From assembly GCA_017517745.1 (NCBI GenBank), contig JAFWYJ010000040.1:84203-148202 (forward strand): 64,000 nucleotides of DNA, read 5' to 3'. Each line of letters starts with the position of its first letter. Within the stretch, counting starts at the first letter, position 1. Positions 46,285-56,154 of this stretch are shown one piece after another. Source of the stretch: Clostridia bacterium (GTDB lineage: Bacteria; Bacillota; Clostridia; Oscillospirales; CAG-272). The position numbers were made by a program, and so were the translations under genes. The notes under the pieces are model-generated. The model was not told where the DNA came from. It did not search any database and worked only from the letters and a program-made list of their open reading frames with translations.

Positions 46285-46956
46285 TTAACCCTTATAAGGA
46301 TGCTTTGCAGCACTCTCGCGCATGGCGGCGATGACCGCACGCGGACGCTTTGCGCCAAAGACGGCAGAGCCGGCAACGATGATGTTGGCTCCTGCTTCGG
46401 TGGCAAGATGAACGTTTTCGGGCTTGAGTCCACCGTCAACCTGAATGTCGAGCTTGAGTCCTTGAGAAACGGCGTAACGCTTGACGGTGCGAACCTTTTC
46501 AAGCGTTTCGAGGATCAAGGACTGTCCGCCAAATCCGGGAACAACGGTCATGATCAGCGCCATGTCGATTTCAGGGAGGAAAGGAATGATCTTTTCCACG
46601 GGTGTTGCGGGCGAGATGGCAAGCGCGCAACGTACCTCACGCGCACGGATCATCTTGAGAACCTTGAGCGGATCCGGACAGCTTTCGAGATGGATGGTGA
46701 TGATGTCGGCACCTGCTTTGATAAAATCGTCGATGTAGCGGATGGGATCGTTGATCATCAGATGTACGTCAAAGATCAGCTTGCTGTGCGGGCGTAACGC
46801 CGCGATCACGGGCGCGCCGAAGCTGATGTTGGGGACAAATGCGCCGTCCATGACGTCCAGATGCAGATAATTCGCGCCTGCGGAGGCGATTCTCTTCACG
46901 TCCGATTCGAGATTCGCAAAATCGGCGGCCAACAAAGAGGGAGCAATGTAGATCAT
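46285..46956 (-). CDS. rpe: Ribulose-phosphate 3-epimerase
   Basis: APSLLAADF...LHLDVMDG.FVPN...DVHLM...VDGG motifs. Confidence 0.95.
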   Translation of the reverse strand: MIYIAPSLLAADFANLESDVKRIASAGANYLHLDVMDGAFVPNISFGAPVIAALRPHSKLIFDVHLMINDPIRYIDDFIKAGADIITIHLESCPDPLKVLKMIRAREVRCALAISPATPVEKIIPFLPEIDMALIMTVVPGFGGQSLILETLEKVRTVKRYAVSQGLKLDIQVDGGLKPENVHLATEAGANIIVAGSAVFGAKRPRAVIAAMRESAAKHPYKG

Positions 46957-47121
46957 AACAAAATCCTTTCTGCAGGGGCACTTGACGAAAGCTGGCGTTT
47001 TTTGTCAATCTTCTGCCCCGCGTTGCATAAACTGTCAATGTGAAATATCCGCACAACCAGCACGGAAGGGAGGTCCAAAAAGAGGGAAGTGCGCTGATTT
47101 GATCCGTGTGAGGGGTGCTTT

Positions 47122-47610
47122 TTATAGATCGCGCAGCAGCAGGGCAACCGCATGCGAGGCGATGCCGAGCTTTTCGCCGGTGAATCCAAGCTTTTCTTCG
47201 GTGGTTGCTTTGATGCTGACGCGGTCAATCTCGATCTGCAGTGTTTTTGCAAGATTTTCTCGCATCTTCTCAATGTGAGGGGCGAGTTTGGGGGCTTGCG
47301 CAATCACGGTAACGTCGACGTTGGAAATTTTCCAGCCGTCGGCGCAAACGATCTCGCGCACGCGAGATGCGAGTTTGAGGCTGTCGGCGTCCTTCCATTC
47401 GGCAGCCGTATCGGGAAAATGCTTTCCGATGTCCCCGAGAGCCCGCGCGCCGAGAAGCGCATCCATGACGGCATGTGTCAGCACGTCGGCATCCGAATGT
47501 CCGAGCAATCCCTTTTCATGAGGAATTGTAACCCCGCCCAAAATCAAAGCGCGATCCTCCACCAAACGGTGAACGTCATAGCCGTGTCCGATTCGAATAT
47601 CCGAGATCAT
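47122..47610 (-). CDS. ispF: 2-C-methyl-D-erythritol 2,4-cyclodiphosphate synthase
   Basis: [10 protein letters not shown]...[17 protein letters not shown] motifs. Confidence 0.95.
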   Translation of the reverse strand: MISDIRIGHGYDVHRLVEDRALILGGVTIPHEKGLLGHSDADVLTHAVMDALLGARALGDIGKHFPDTAAEWKDADSLKLASRVREIVCADGWKISNVDVTVIAQAPKLAPHIEKMRENLAKTLQIEIDRVSIKATTEEKLGFTGEKLGIASHAVALLLRDL

Positions 47611-48356
47611 GTCTGTTTACTCCTGTATTCCAGAATGGCCTCCGCCAGGGGAAGATCCTCCGGCGTGGTGATTTTGATGTTTTGAATTCCGCATTCCACC
47701 ATCCGCACACCGTATCCCAGATGCTCGACAAGCGCATTGTCGTCGGTTGCCGAGAACCCGTCGGTGTTGGATTGATAGAGCGCGGCGATATAAAGCGAGG
47801 TGTGGAAGACCTGCGGTGTTTGCGCCTGCCAAAGATTGTTGCGGTCGATTGTCTCCTTGGACAAGCCCGAAGCGTTGGTACGTTTGACCGTATCGCTGAC
47901 CTTGTGTGCCGCGCTTGCCGCTTGAGAGCGGTAGGCGCACAGACAAACCTTTGCGATCTGCGCCGGTGTGATCAGACAGCGCGCGCCGTCCGCGATCGCC
48001 ACGTATTTCGTCGAGACATCCAGCTTTTTCATTCCGCGCTTGGCAGATTCCTGACGTGTGGATCCGCCCGCGACGATGCTTGTCAGCTTGGTGATGCCAT
48101 ATTCTTGGCTCATTTGATAGACCGTGTCAAAGTCCTGCGGACGGGTGACCACGATGATCTCACTGATCAGCTTACATTTTTGATAGGCAAGCAACGTGTG
48201 TGCCAAAACGGGAGTCCCGCAAAGCACCTCGGTCTGTTTGTTTTTGTTTTTTCCCATACGGGAGGAATTGCCCGCGGCAAGAACGATTGCCGCAGTGCGA
48301 TATTTCGTAGCCGTTCGAAAAATCAATTCGGCAATGCCTGCCTTGTCAAGTTTCAT
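47607..48356 (-). CDS. ispD: 2-C-methyl-D-erythritol 4-phosphate cytidylyltransferase
   Basis: [13 protein letters not shown] motif. ATG 48356 follows AAAGGG. Overlaps the ispF start. Confidence 0.85.
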   Translation of the reverse strand: MKLDKAGIAELIFRTATKYRTAAIVLAAGNSSRMGKNKNKQTEVLCGTPVLAHTLLAYQKCKLISEIIVVTRPQDFDTVYQMSQEYGITKLTSIVAGGSTRQESAKRGMKKLDVSTKYVAIADGARCLITPAQIAKVCLCAYRSQAASAAHKVSDTVKRTNASGLSKETIDRNNLWQAQTPQVFHTSLYIAALYQSNTDGFSATDDNALVEHLGYGVRMVECGIQNIKITTPEDLPLAEAILEYRSKQT

Positions 48357-48407
48357 GTGTTCAGCCCTTTCTTTCAAAGGTATGACCGATCATTTCGGTC
48401 GCAAGAA

Positions 48408-48863
48408 TCAAAGCTCGTCTTTTTCGATCGCCGTGATCATATCCACACGGCGCGCGTGCTTTCCGCCTTCAAACTCGGCATCAATGAAGTTATCCACCAG
48501 ATCAAAAGCCAAGCCCATGCCAACCACGCGCTCACCGAAGCAAAGGACGTTCGCGTTGTTGTGGATTCTGGTCAGGCGTGCGCTGAAGGTATCCGAGCAA
48601 GCTGCCGCGCGAATTCCGCGGTGCTTATTTGCCGCCATCGACATTCCGATGCCCGTGCCGCAGATCAGAATTCCCAGCTCGGTTACGCCGTCCTGAATAT
48701 TTTTGCAAAGCGCGTGTGCGATTGCGGGGTAGTCACAGCTTGCGGTCGAGTTGGTTCCGACGTCGATGACCTCCACGCCTCTTTCTTCAAGATGTGCGAT
48801 GACCTTGAGCTTGAGCTCGTATCCCGCGTGGTCGCATCCAATGGTAATTTTTGTCGTTTTCAT
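48408..48863 (-). CDS. rpiB: Ribose-5-phosphate isomerase B
   Basis: IGCDHAGYELK...ICGTGIGMSMAANK motifs. Confidence 0.9.
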   Translation of the reverse strand: MKTTKITIGCDHAGYELKLKVIAHLEERGVEVIDVGTNSTASCDYPAIAHALCKNIQDGVTELGILICGTGIGMSMAANKHRGIRAAACSDTFSARLTRIHNNANVLCFGERVVGMGLAFDLVDNFIDAEFEGGKHARRVDMITAIEKDEL

Positions 48864-48884
48864 GGCTTTTTATCCCTTTCTTCG

Positions 48885-49586
48885 TTAAGATTGCGTGTTT
48901 TTTTCTCGTTCCAACCGCTCGCGCTCGGCTTGTGAGGGGCGGAGATAGGTGGGAACAGCTTCAATATCCGACGTGCGCATGCCCGCATCATAAAGCTTTT
49001 TTGCCACTTGCGCCACGGAATAGGCGCTTTGATGGCGCAATCGCTCGGGTGTGGGAATGATTTCGTGCGTCAAAAGCGATTCGGTGATCTCATACCCGTC
49101 TCCGACCAATCGGACGGGCTCGTCGAAGTCGGCAAGAAGCGTGTCCAGCTCCGAGATTGCAATGGCATCGTCCGGAGTGAGACGTGTCAGCGAGCCGTTT
49201 TGCGCGCGGAAGAGCGCAGTATATACCTGCTTGCGGCGTGCATTCATCACGGGACAGACCAATCCGTCGGTCACTGTCAGGTTTTGAGCAAGTGCCTCAA
49301 GTGTGGAGACCGTGATGCAGGGTTTTTGTGTGTCAAATGCCAATCCTTTGACGGTTGCAACACCGATGCGGACGCCGGTAAAGGATCCGGGACCTGCGGA
49401 AACGGCAAACAAGTCGACGTCATCGGCCGTGAGAGAGAAGAAGTTGAGCAGAGATTCCATCATTGGAAGCAGCGTCTCGCTGTGTGTGTTTCCGTTTCGG
49501 ATGGTATATTCACCCAAAAGGGCATCATTCTCGCAGAGCGCCACCGTCGCAACAACTGCGGAGCTGTCAAGCGCTAAAATTTTCAT
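48885..49586 (-). CDS. tsaB: tRNA t6A biosynthesis protein TsaB
   Basis: MKILALDSS...GPGSFTGVRIGV motif. Confidence 0.9.
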   Translation of the reverse strand: MKILALDSSAVVATVALCENDALLGEYTIRNGNTHSETLLPMMESLLNFFSLTADDVDLFAVSAGPGSFTGVRIGVATVKGLAFDTQKPCITVSTLEALAQNLTVTDGLVCPVMNARRKQVYTALFRAQNGSLTRLTPDDAIAISELDTLLADFDEPVRLVGDGYEITESLLTHEIIPTPERLRHQSAYSVAQVAKKLYDAGMRTSDIEAVPTYLRPSQAERERLEREKNTQS

Positions 49587-50047
49587 AACAGATCATTCAC
49601 CGCCGTTTCTATTGTGATTTTTCGGCTATTGGGTTGATCGGGATCGTTTTTTTCGATGGAAACGCGCCAATATTCCTCCGGGAGCGCGTATGGAATGCGC
49701 TCGCTCCATTCTACCAGACAAATGCCGGCGCGGTCAAGATAATCGTAAAAGCCGATGGAATAAAGATCGTCCTCATCCTCGATCCGATACATATCAAAAT
49801 GAAAGAGCGAAAGAGGCTTGGCGCGATATTCGTTCACCAGAGCAAAGGTGGGCGATCGAACTGCCGCCCCAGGCGTGACGACCGAAGCGAATCCGCGAAC
49901 AAAGGCGGTTTTGCCGACGCCGAGATCACCGTAAAGCGCAACAAAGCGAGGCAGTGAGGGATTCTCGCAGATCTGTTGTGCAAGAAAGGCACCCAATGCC
50001 TCGGTTTCGGCGGTATCGGAGGTGAGATGGATTTGATGGGTCTTCAA
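49583..50047 (-). CDS. tsaE: tRNA t6A biosynthesis ATPase TsaE
   Basis: LYGDLGVGKTAFVRG Walker A; SPTF.LVNEY; HFDMYR. Confidence 0.9.
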   Translation of the reverse strand: MKTHQIHLTSDTAETEALGAFLAQQICENPSLPRFVALYGDLGVGKTAFVRGFASVVTPGAAVRSPTFALVNEYRAKPLSLFHFDMYRIEDEDDLYSIGFYDYLDRAGICLVEWSERIPYALPEEYWRVSIEKNDPDQPNSRKITIETAVNDLL

Positions 50048-50158
50048 CTGATTGCACCCTCCGCTTCTTCAAAAGCTTTCTGATAAGAATAGTATATCAT
50101 AGTTTGCCGATTTTGTAAAGGCTTTTGCCATGATTTCTTTTTTCGGGAAAGCGGATTT

Positions 50159-50371
50159 TCAGTTCTTTTTCTTCATGTCGGGGAGAGCCGTACGAGAACC
50201 GTCGGGATATTGGATGACGGTGTTGTCGAGTACGCTTCCGAACTGTGCGCGAAATTCCTTGATGTATTCCTCGCGCAGAGCCGCCTGCTCAGCCAATTCC
50301 TCCGCGGTCAAGCCGCTTTCTTTTTTCTTTTTTGCCAGCGCGTTGATGCGCGCGATTTTTTCTTTTTCCAT
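50159..50371 (-). CDS. DUF896/UPF0291 (YnzC-like) small protein
   Basis: [37 protein letters not shown] pattern. Confidence 0.75.
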   Translation of the reverse strand: MEKEKIARINALAKKKKESGLTAEELAEQAALREEYIKEFRAQFGSVLDNTVIQYPDGSRTALPDMKKKN

Positions 50372-50376
50372 TGTTA

Positions 50377-51099
50377 TCATACTCCCATCGGTAATAAAAA
50401 TATCGTTCCCACGTCCGTCAAAGGCTCATCGGAAAGGGAAATCGGATCGAATCCGCGCCCAAGACAAAAGGCTTTGATTGCGGCGGCATCGGGATGAAGC
50501 TCGAGATTGCCGCAAAACAGAATTTGGCGAACATCCGAGTCGGTTGCATACGAGGATGCGCCACCCAAAAATCCGGTGTCATAACCTGCAAGCGTGACGG
50601 CATTCGTGCGCACGCGCAAGACGTCGAAGCCTCTTTGACGGGCGACGGTTGCGATCGAGGGATCCTCTGTGATCAGCGCAGCGTCTCCCACGGGAACGAC
50701 CGAACATTTGGCATATCCCTGATGAACCTCCGTCACCTCATACGCGCTGTTTGAGGTCAGTTCTTTCGCGGTGTGCTTGCCAAGACAAAAGAGATGCTTT
50801 CCCACGGGGGCGGCGTTGAGGAGAATATCTTGCGGATAGCGTGCAGAGATCTCGGCATGGATGATCTTGATCGGATTTTTCGTGTAAGAAGAAATGATTT
50901 CCAGCTCGTTTTCGGCAATTTTTTGATAGCTTTTCGTGCAAAAAATGCAATCGGGCGCGAAGAACAAAAGCATATCGGGATGCCCGCAAACGGGGACGGG
51001 AAGTGCGGGATGCGGGGGGATCGTCAAAACGCGATGTCCCATGCGCCGCAATTCGTTTTTTGCCTTTGCAGGGATGCGGTGATCAATGACAGCAAGCAT
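50377..51099 (-). CDS. Conserved hypothetical protein (240 aa)
   Basis: Long ORF in an operon context, with codon usage like its neighbours. No confident family assignment. Confidence 0.55.
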   Translation of the reverse strand: MLAVIDHRIPAKAKNELRRMGHRVLTIPPHPALPVPVCGHPDMLLFFAPDCIFCTKSYQKIAENELEIISSYTKNPIKIIHAEISARYPQDILLNAAPVGKHLFCLGKHTAKELTSNSAYEVTEVHQGYAKCSVVPVGDAALITEDPSIATVARQRGFDVLRVRTNAVTLAGYDTGFLGGASSYATDSDVRQILFCGNLELHPDAAAIKAFCLGRGFDPISLSDEPLTDVGTIFLLPMGV

Positions 51100-51186
51100 T
51101 CTCTTTTCCTTCGGTTATAAAAAATAAAGGGCAGACACACCGTGTCTGCCATAATCTTTATTTGCACGGGGCAAAAGGTTTTTTCC

Positions 51187-51357
51187 TTATGCCTTTTTCA
51201 GTGTGCGCAGGCAACGAGAACAAACATTGATTGCTTTGCTGCCTTCCAGCTTTACCTTGCGAATATTGGGCTTCCAGGTTCTGTTGGTTTTACGGTGAGA
51301 GTGAGAAACGTTCTGACCGAAAACAACGCCCTTGCCACAGATACAACATTTTGCCAT
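51187..51357 (-). CDS. rpmB: 50S ribosomal protein L28
   Basis: MAKCCICGKGVVFGQNVSHSHRKTNRTWKPN. AGGAGG RBS. The ORF track start at 51411 is an upstream extension. Confidence 0.95.
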   Translation of the reverse strand: MAKCCICGKGVVFGQNVSHSHRKTNRTWKPNIRKVKLEGSKAINVCSRCLRTLKKA

Positions 51358-51431
51358 TTTGACACCTCCTAAAAGAACGTTCGCCGACCGAAAACAAGGT
51401 GCGGCACACAAAATACTTTACAACAAGAGAT

Positions 51432-51460
51432 ATTATACCATACTGTTTTGAAAATTGCAA
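51432..51460 (-). promoter_or_regulatory. Sigma-A type promoter of rpmB
   Basis: Minus strand: TTGCAA (51460-51455), 17-nt spacer, TATAAT (51437-51432). Confidence 0.7.
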
Positions 51461-51478
51461 GAGTTTTTTGAAATTTTT

Positions 51479-53611
51479 TTAAATATTTTTGCAATCATTT
51501 TCAATTTTGCAGATTTGATCGAGAATTTCGGAAGGGATTCCGTTCGGCAAAGCAAATCCCGAAAGGTTTTCTTGACGGATGCCGTTTCCGACCAGCAGAA
51601 TTCTTCCTCCCGCACGTTGGAAGGTTTCGAGCGCAAACACGACTTTCGGCGTGTGTGGAATCGGCGTGTCGGTGCAAACGATCATCGTCTGAGCATTCAA
51701 AAGCGCGCGGGAGAGCGTGTTTTCATAGTCCTCGTCTTGAGGAAAGACGGGAATGTCCTTCGCTCCCATTTCATGGCAACGGTCTGCCAGAACCTCAGCG
51801 GAAAGATCGTTTTTCTCAGACAGCAGAATGACGTTCGCATCTTGCAGTGCCAGAAGAGAGACGGTCGGGGGAAGAGGCTCTGCCTCGGGAGTGGGATCGG
51901 GAGAGAGTCTGCGGACAACACTGCCCACACGGCCGAAGGGAAGCTCCTCCGCACTTTCGATCAGGATTGCCAGATCAAGTTCTTCATCGATTGCCACAAC
52001 GAAGTCGTCATAGAGACAGGTCAGAGTGGGGGGACTCATTTTTTGTATGGCTTCGGTGATGCGCTCCCGACAGATCACCCGAGCACTTTTTACGGCACCG
52101 CGCTCGTGAAGCAGGTTCAGATGGAGCAACAGCTTTCTCAGCGCATCGAAATCGGGGAGCCCGTTTTCGCGACGCGTGGGAGTGATGCAATAAATTTGGT
52201 TGCCTTCGGTTGTCAGCTGCCCGCCAATTTTTGCTTTTTTCGTCATGCTGAATGCAGAAACCTGCGGATGCGCGAGTGCTTCGTCGGAAAAGAGGTTTGT
52301 CGCACAGAGCGGCAATCCGATCTCCGCCTGCAGACGGTAGATTCCGAGGATACTTGCAACCGCTTCTCCGAGATGACGGTCATCGGTTTGCTTTTGGGGC
52401 AGAGAAAGGGTTACCGCCGCGCGTTGCTCCCGATGGTCTCCTCCGATTGCCGCCACCGTAAGGACAGCGGTCAGAAGCGTTTCCAATGCGGCGCGGAAAA
52501 AGCCGCTTTCAGGGGTACAGGATGCCGCGGCGTAAAAAACGCCGTGGTTTTCCACCACTTGAGCCTGCTCCTCTTGCGGTACGGAAAGATAATCACAGAC
52601 CGCAGGCGTTCGCGGTGTGTGAAGAATCGGTGCGGCGGGGGCGTTTTCTTCACCGTCGATTTTGACAGAGATGCGAGAGACGGGCAAAAGCGCGCGCAAA
52701 AAAGCCGAGTCAAGCGCAAAGAGCTGTTCATTGCCCTCCGTGAAGAGCAATCGACCGCCTTCCGGGATTGTGGCAAATGCGATGAAATGAACACCGAACG
52801 CGCTTGCCGCATTGAAAAATTCCGAATAGGATCTTGGAGAAATGCGGATCAAGTAATCTCCCTCGTAGGCATCTGTGAGCAAAGTCGGGGAGACGCTCTC
52901 TCCCATCAAGGAAAGACGGTTCAAATCGATGCGCGCCGAGGGAGCGATCTGCAACATCTCATAGAGCAGACCGCGCCGTCCCACCGTGCGGATAGCCTTG
53001 ATGGGTGCGGTCGCGGCGGGCGTGTTGAGAAAGCGTGCCGTGGATTTTTTATGACGTTCCGCATCATCCTCGCCCGCACGAAGCAGGACGAAAAGATCGC
53101 CGATCTCGGGTAAGACGTTCCCCTTTTGGATGGCACGGATTCCTGTGCGCGAGGAGGGGGATCCGATGAAGTTAGAAGGAAGGTGAGAGTGATCTCCGTT
53201 TTTCAAATCCTCCAACAGAAAGAGCGTATTTTTGAGCGACGGTTCTTTTCCCGCGCGTTCCAAATAAAACGTCGCCATCTTCAATGTTTCCTCAAAGGAG
53301 CAAGGCTCTTTTGCATCGGGATGAAGCTCATGCCGTTTTTTCATCATGTCCGCATAGGTTTCGGTGATGAAATCGCAGTTGGTCAAAAGCTGTGTGGGAG
53401 CCATCTCGGAAAAGGAGGACGGCAGGGGACGGGCAAATCGGTCGATCATCCGAAGCTCTTCGATGAAGGGATCGCGTTTTGCCTGTGTACGGTAGTAGTC
53501 GGCGCAGAAGGAAAGCGCCTGAAGTGACATGCAAATTTCAAGATCGCGCTTCATTTGCTCCATGTATTGCTGTCGGTAAGAAGCGAAGCCGCGAATTTTT
53601 GCTTGTGTCAT
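51479..53611 (-). CDS. PurL/FGAM-synthase-like protein with degenerate active-site motifs (710 aa)
   Basis: The N-terminal region aligns by eye with the PurL linker (FCADYYRTQAKRDPFIEELRMID), but the SDHCRH motif is replaced by RFARPL. AIRS-like repeats are present. The C-terminal GATase-like end reads LVGNGIRQ instead of the GxCNGxQ nucleophile motif. Confidence 0.55.
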   Translation of the reverse strand: MTQAKIRGFASYRQQYMEQMKRDLEICMSLQALSFCADYYRTQAKRDPFIEELRMIDRFARPLPSSFSEMAPTQLLTNCDFITETYADMMKKRHELHPDAKEPCSFEETLKMATFYLERAGKEPSLKNTLFLLEDLKNGDHSHLPSNFIGSPSSRTGIRAIQKGNVLPEIGDLFVLLRAGEDDAERHKKSTARFLNTPAATAPIKAIRTVGRRGLLYEMLQIAPSARIDLNRLSLMGESVSPTLLTDAYEGDYLIRISPRSYSEFFNAASAFGVHFIAFATIPEGGRLLFTEGNEQLFALDSAFLRALLPVSRISVKIDGEENAPAAPILHTPRTPAVCDYLSVPQEEQAQVVENHGVFYAAASCTPESGFFRAALETLLTAVLTVAAIGGDHREQRAAVTLSLPQKQTDDRHLGEAVASILGIYRLQAEIGLPLCATNLFSDEALAHPQVSAFSMTKKAKIGGQLTTEGNQIYCITPTRRENGLPDFDALRKLLLHLNLLHERGAVKSARVICRERITEAIQKMSPPTLTCLYDDFVVAIDEELDLAILIESAEELPFGRVGSVVRRLSPDPTPEAEPLPPTVSLLALQDANVILLSEKNDLSAEVLADRCHEMGAKDIPVFPQDEDYENTLSRALLNAQTMIVCTDTPIPHTPKVVFALETFQRAGGRILLVGNGIRQENLSGFALPNGIPSEILDQICKIENDCKNI

Positions 53612-53649
53612 AGCGGGGGGACTCCTTTCATGTTTGTAAAGGATGAATT

Positions 53650-54963
53650 TTATTCAACGATATCTCCCAAGCAAAGCGTGCCTGTGTGAGAGTGGATTTT
53701 TACGGGAAGCGTGATCGATTGAAGGGAACGGTGCGCCGGACAAGCGACCTCCACAAATTGCGGGGTGTGACCGCGTGCGATGCCGTTTTCATAGCTTTCA
53801 AACAGTACCGAAACCGTTTTTTCCTTCATTTCGTCGAGAATGGAGGCTCGGATCTCGGCTGCCTCTGCGGAAAGGCGCTCCACACGTGCATGCTTGATCT
53901 CCTCCGGGATCTGTCCCTTCATCGCGGCGGCAAGAGTGCCCGCACGTTTGGAGTAGGGGAAGACGTGAATCATCAAAAAACGTGCTTGGTTGACAAATTC
54001 GAGTGTATCTGCGAAGTGGCGTTCACTTTCTCCGGGAAATCCGACGATCATGTCGGTGGTGAAGCAAACGTCCGGGATTGCCTCGCGTAAGCGGCGGATG
54101 GCATCCAGAGCCATCCGCGTGTTGTATTTCCGTTTCATCAGCGCAAGAATTTCATCCGAGCCGCTTTGCATCGAAAGATGAAAGTGCGGCGCGAGCGATT
54201 TCAGAGGCGCGATGCGGTCGACGAAGGGCTGTTTGCAAAGACTTGGGTCAAGAGAGCCGAGTCGGATTCTGCTGACGTTCGGGATCTTGTCGATCTCGCA
54301 AAGCAGGTCTGCCAGCGTCACGCCGTCAAGATCCTTGCCGTAGGATGCGGTTTCAATGCCGGTCAGAACCACTTCGCGGCATCCGTTTTCGGTCAACTCG
54401 CGCACTTCCCGAAGAACCTCCTCGGGTGCTTTCGAGCGGATGCTCCCGCGCGCAGTGGGAATGATGCAATAGGTACAATGATTCTCGCACCCGTCTTCAA
54501 TTTTGACGTAGGCTCGCGTGCGATCAAACCGTGTGATTCGCATCGGTTCGAATCCGTGCGCATCCGGAGGGCAGATGAGCGTCTGCGGCGTGTCGTTCTT
54601 CCTTCCGCGGGCGATCAATTGCAGAGCAACGTCCACCACGGATTGCTTTTCGGCATTTCCACAGATATAATCCACGCCCTCGATCGCTTCGATCTGCGCG
54701 GGCTGGGTTTGCGAAAAACAGCCCGTGACCAAAATATATGCCGCAGGATTTCGGTGAATGGCACGACGGATGAACTGACGTGCTTTTCGGTCGGATTCCG
54801 CGGTCACGGTGCAGGTGTTGATGATGTAGACGTCGCAGGGCGAGGTCGGAGACTCCAAGCGGAACCCCAGAGCGGCAAACCGCTCGGCAATGGCTTCGGA
54901 CTCGTATTGATTGACCTTGCATCCCAGCGTATAGATTCCGACGGCGAGATGGGAATAAGACAT
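53650..54963 (-). CDS. mtaB: tRNA ms2t6A methylthiotransferase MtaB (radical SAM)
   Basis: YTLGCKVNQYESE, CENHCTYCIIP radical-SAM CxxxCxxC, C-terminal TRAM-like domain. Confidence 0.85.
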   Translation of the reverse strand: MSYSHLAVGIYTLGCKVNQYESEAIAERFAALGFRLESPTSPCDVYIINTCTVTAESDRKARQFIRRAIHRNPAAYILVTGCFSQTQPAQIEAIEGVDYICGNAEKQSVVDVALQLIARGRKNDTPQTLICPPDAHGFEPMRITRFDRTRAYVKIEDGCENHCTYCIIPTARGSIRSKAPEEVLREVRELTENGCREVVLTGIETASYGKDLDGVTLADLLCEIDKIPNVSRIRLGSLDPSLCKQPFVDRIAPLKSLAPHFHLSMQSGSDEILALMKRKYNTRMALDAIRRLREAIPDVCFTTDMIVGFPGESERHFADTLEFVNQARFLMIHVFPYSKRAGTLAAAMKGQIPEEIKHARVERLSAEAAEIRASILDEMKEKTVSVLFESYENGIARGHTPQFVEVACPAHRSLQSITLPVKIHSHTGTLCLGDIVE

Positions 54964-55065
54964 GGCGACTCCTTTCCTCGTTTTTTTCTTCTTTTATTTT
55001 ACCATGATTTTGCTCGTTTGTAAAGGAAAAAACACAAAAAATAAGTAGGATTTTGCGTTTTGGAC

Positions 55066-55094
55066 TTGAAAAAACAAAAAAATCATTGTATAAT
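55066..55094 (+). promoter_or_regulatory. Sigma-A type promoter for the pseudouridine synthase/lnt pair
   Basis: TTGAAA 55066-55071, 17-nt spacer, TATAAT 55089-55094. Confidence 0.65.
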
Positions 55095-55173
55095 AACAAA
55101 AAGATCGTCTTTTGTGACGATGGATCATTTTTGAGGGGAAGGAGCGACGCAACACGGCGTCTTGAGGGGACTT

Positions 55174-56154
55174 ATGCAGATTATCACCGTAAAAAAGAAC
55201 GATGCCGGACAGCGACTTGACAAATTCCTTTCCAAGGCGGTCAAGGGCCTGCCCACGTCGCTGATGTATAAATATATCCGCACCAAAAAGATCAAGGTAA
55301 ACCGCGTGCGCACCGAGCAGAGCTACATGCTTTGTGAGGGAGACGAGATTCAGCTTTTCATTCGCGATGAATTTTTTGCTTCTCCCGAGGCGGACAACGG
55401 CGCGCTTTTCCGCATCCGTCACAAGCTGGACATTATTTATGAGGATGAGAACGTCATGCTGCTCAACAAGCGTCCGGGCGTGCTGGTTCACGAGGACACT
55501 GCAGCGGCAGAAAACACCCTGATCATGCACGTCAAGGCGTATCTTGCCCAAAAGGGGGAATACGATCCCGAAAATGAGCAATCCTTCGCGCCCGCGCTCT
55601 GCAATCGCATCGACCGCAACACGGGCGGCATCGTGATTGCGGCGAAGAACGCGGAGGCTCTGCGCATCATGAATGAGAAGATCCGCAATGACGAATTGCA
55701 AAAGATCTATCTTTGCGCGGTGCACGGTGTGCCGCAAAAAAAGCAGGCAACGCTCAAGGGATTCCTCAAAAAGAACAGTGCCGAGAATTTGGTGGATATT
55801 TCGGATACGCCGAAGCAGGGATACAAGGAAATCATCACCAAATACCGCGTCCTGCGGCAAAAACGCGGCACGGCACTGTTGGAGGTCGAGCTGGTGACGG
55901 GAAGAACCCATCAGATTCGCGCACACCTCTCGCACGTCGGACATCCGTTGCTTGGCGACGGCAAATACGGCGTCAACAGACAGGACAGAGAGAAAGGCTA
56001 TAAATTCCAAGCACTGTATGCCTACCGACTGCATTTCCGCTTTTCGGATACCGACCACGCGCTTGGCTATCTGAACGACAAATCCTTTACGATTGATCGT
56101 GAGAGCGTTTGGTTCCTGAAGGATTTTGAGGAAGGAGGCGAGGGCAGAAGATGA
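55174..56154 (+). CDS. RluA family 23S rRNA pseudouridine synthase (S4 domain + catalytic domain)
   Basis: GQRLDKFL S4-like N-terminus, NRIDRNTGGIV catalytic Asp motif, GRTHQIRAHL. Confidence 0.85.
   Translation: MQIITVKKNDAGQRLDKFLSKAVKGLPTSLMYKYIRTKKIKVNRVRTEQSYMLCEGDEIQLFIRDEFFASPEADNGALFRIRHKLDIIYEDENVMLLNKRPGVLVHEDTAAAENTLIMHVKAYLAQKGEYDPENEQSFAPALCNRIDRNTGGIVIAAKNAEALRIMNEKIRNDELQKIYLCAVHGVPQKKQATLKGFLKKNSAENLVDISDTPKQGYKEIITKYRVLRQKRGTALLEVELVTGRTHQIRAHLSHVGHPLLGDGKYGVNRQDREKGYKFQALYAYRLHFRFSDTDHALGYLNDKSFTIDRESVWFLKDFEEGGEGRR

Noticed and set aside
47037-47052. Exact 16-mer AATGTGAAATATCCGC shared with 16110-16125
   Set aside because: As stand-alone evidence of a repeat family it is weak. 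My rough estimate is that one or two exact 16-mer matches are expected by chance between both strands of a 64-kb window. I kept it only as supporting context for the heptamer array.
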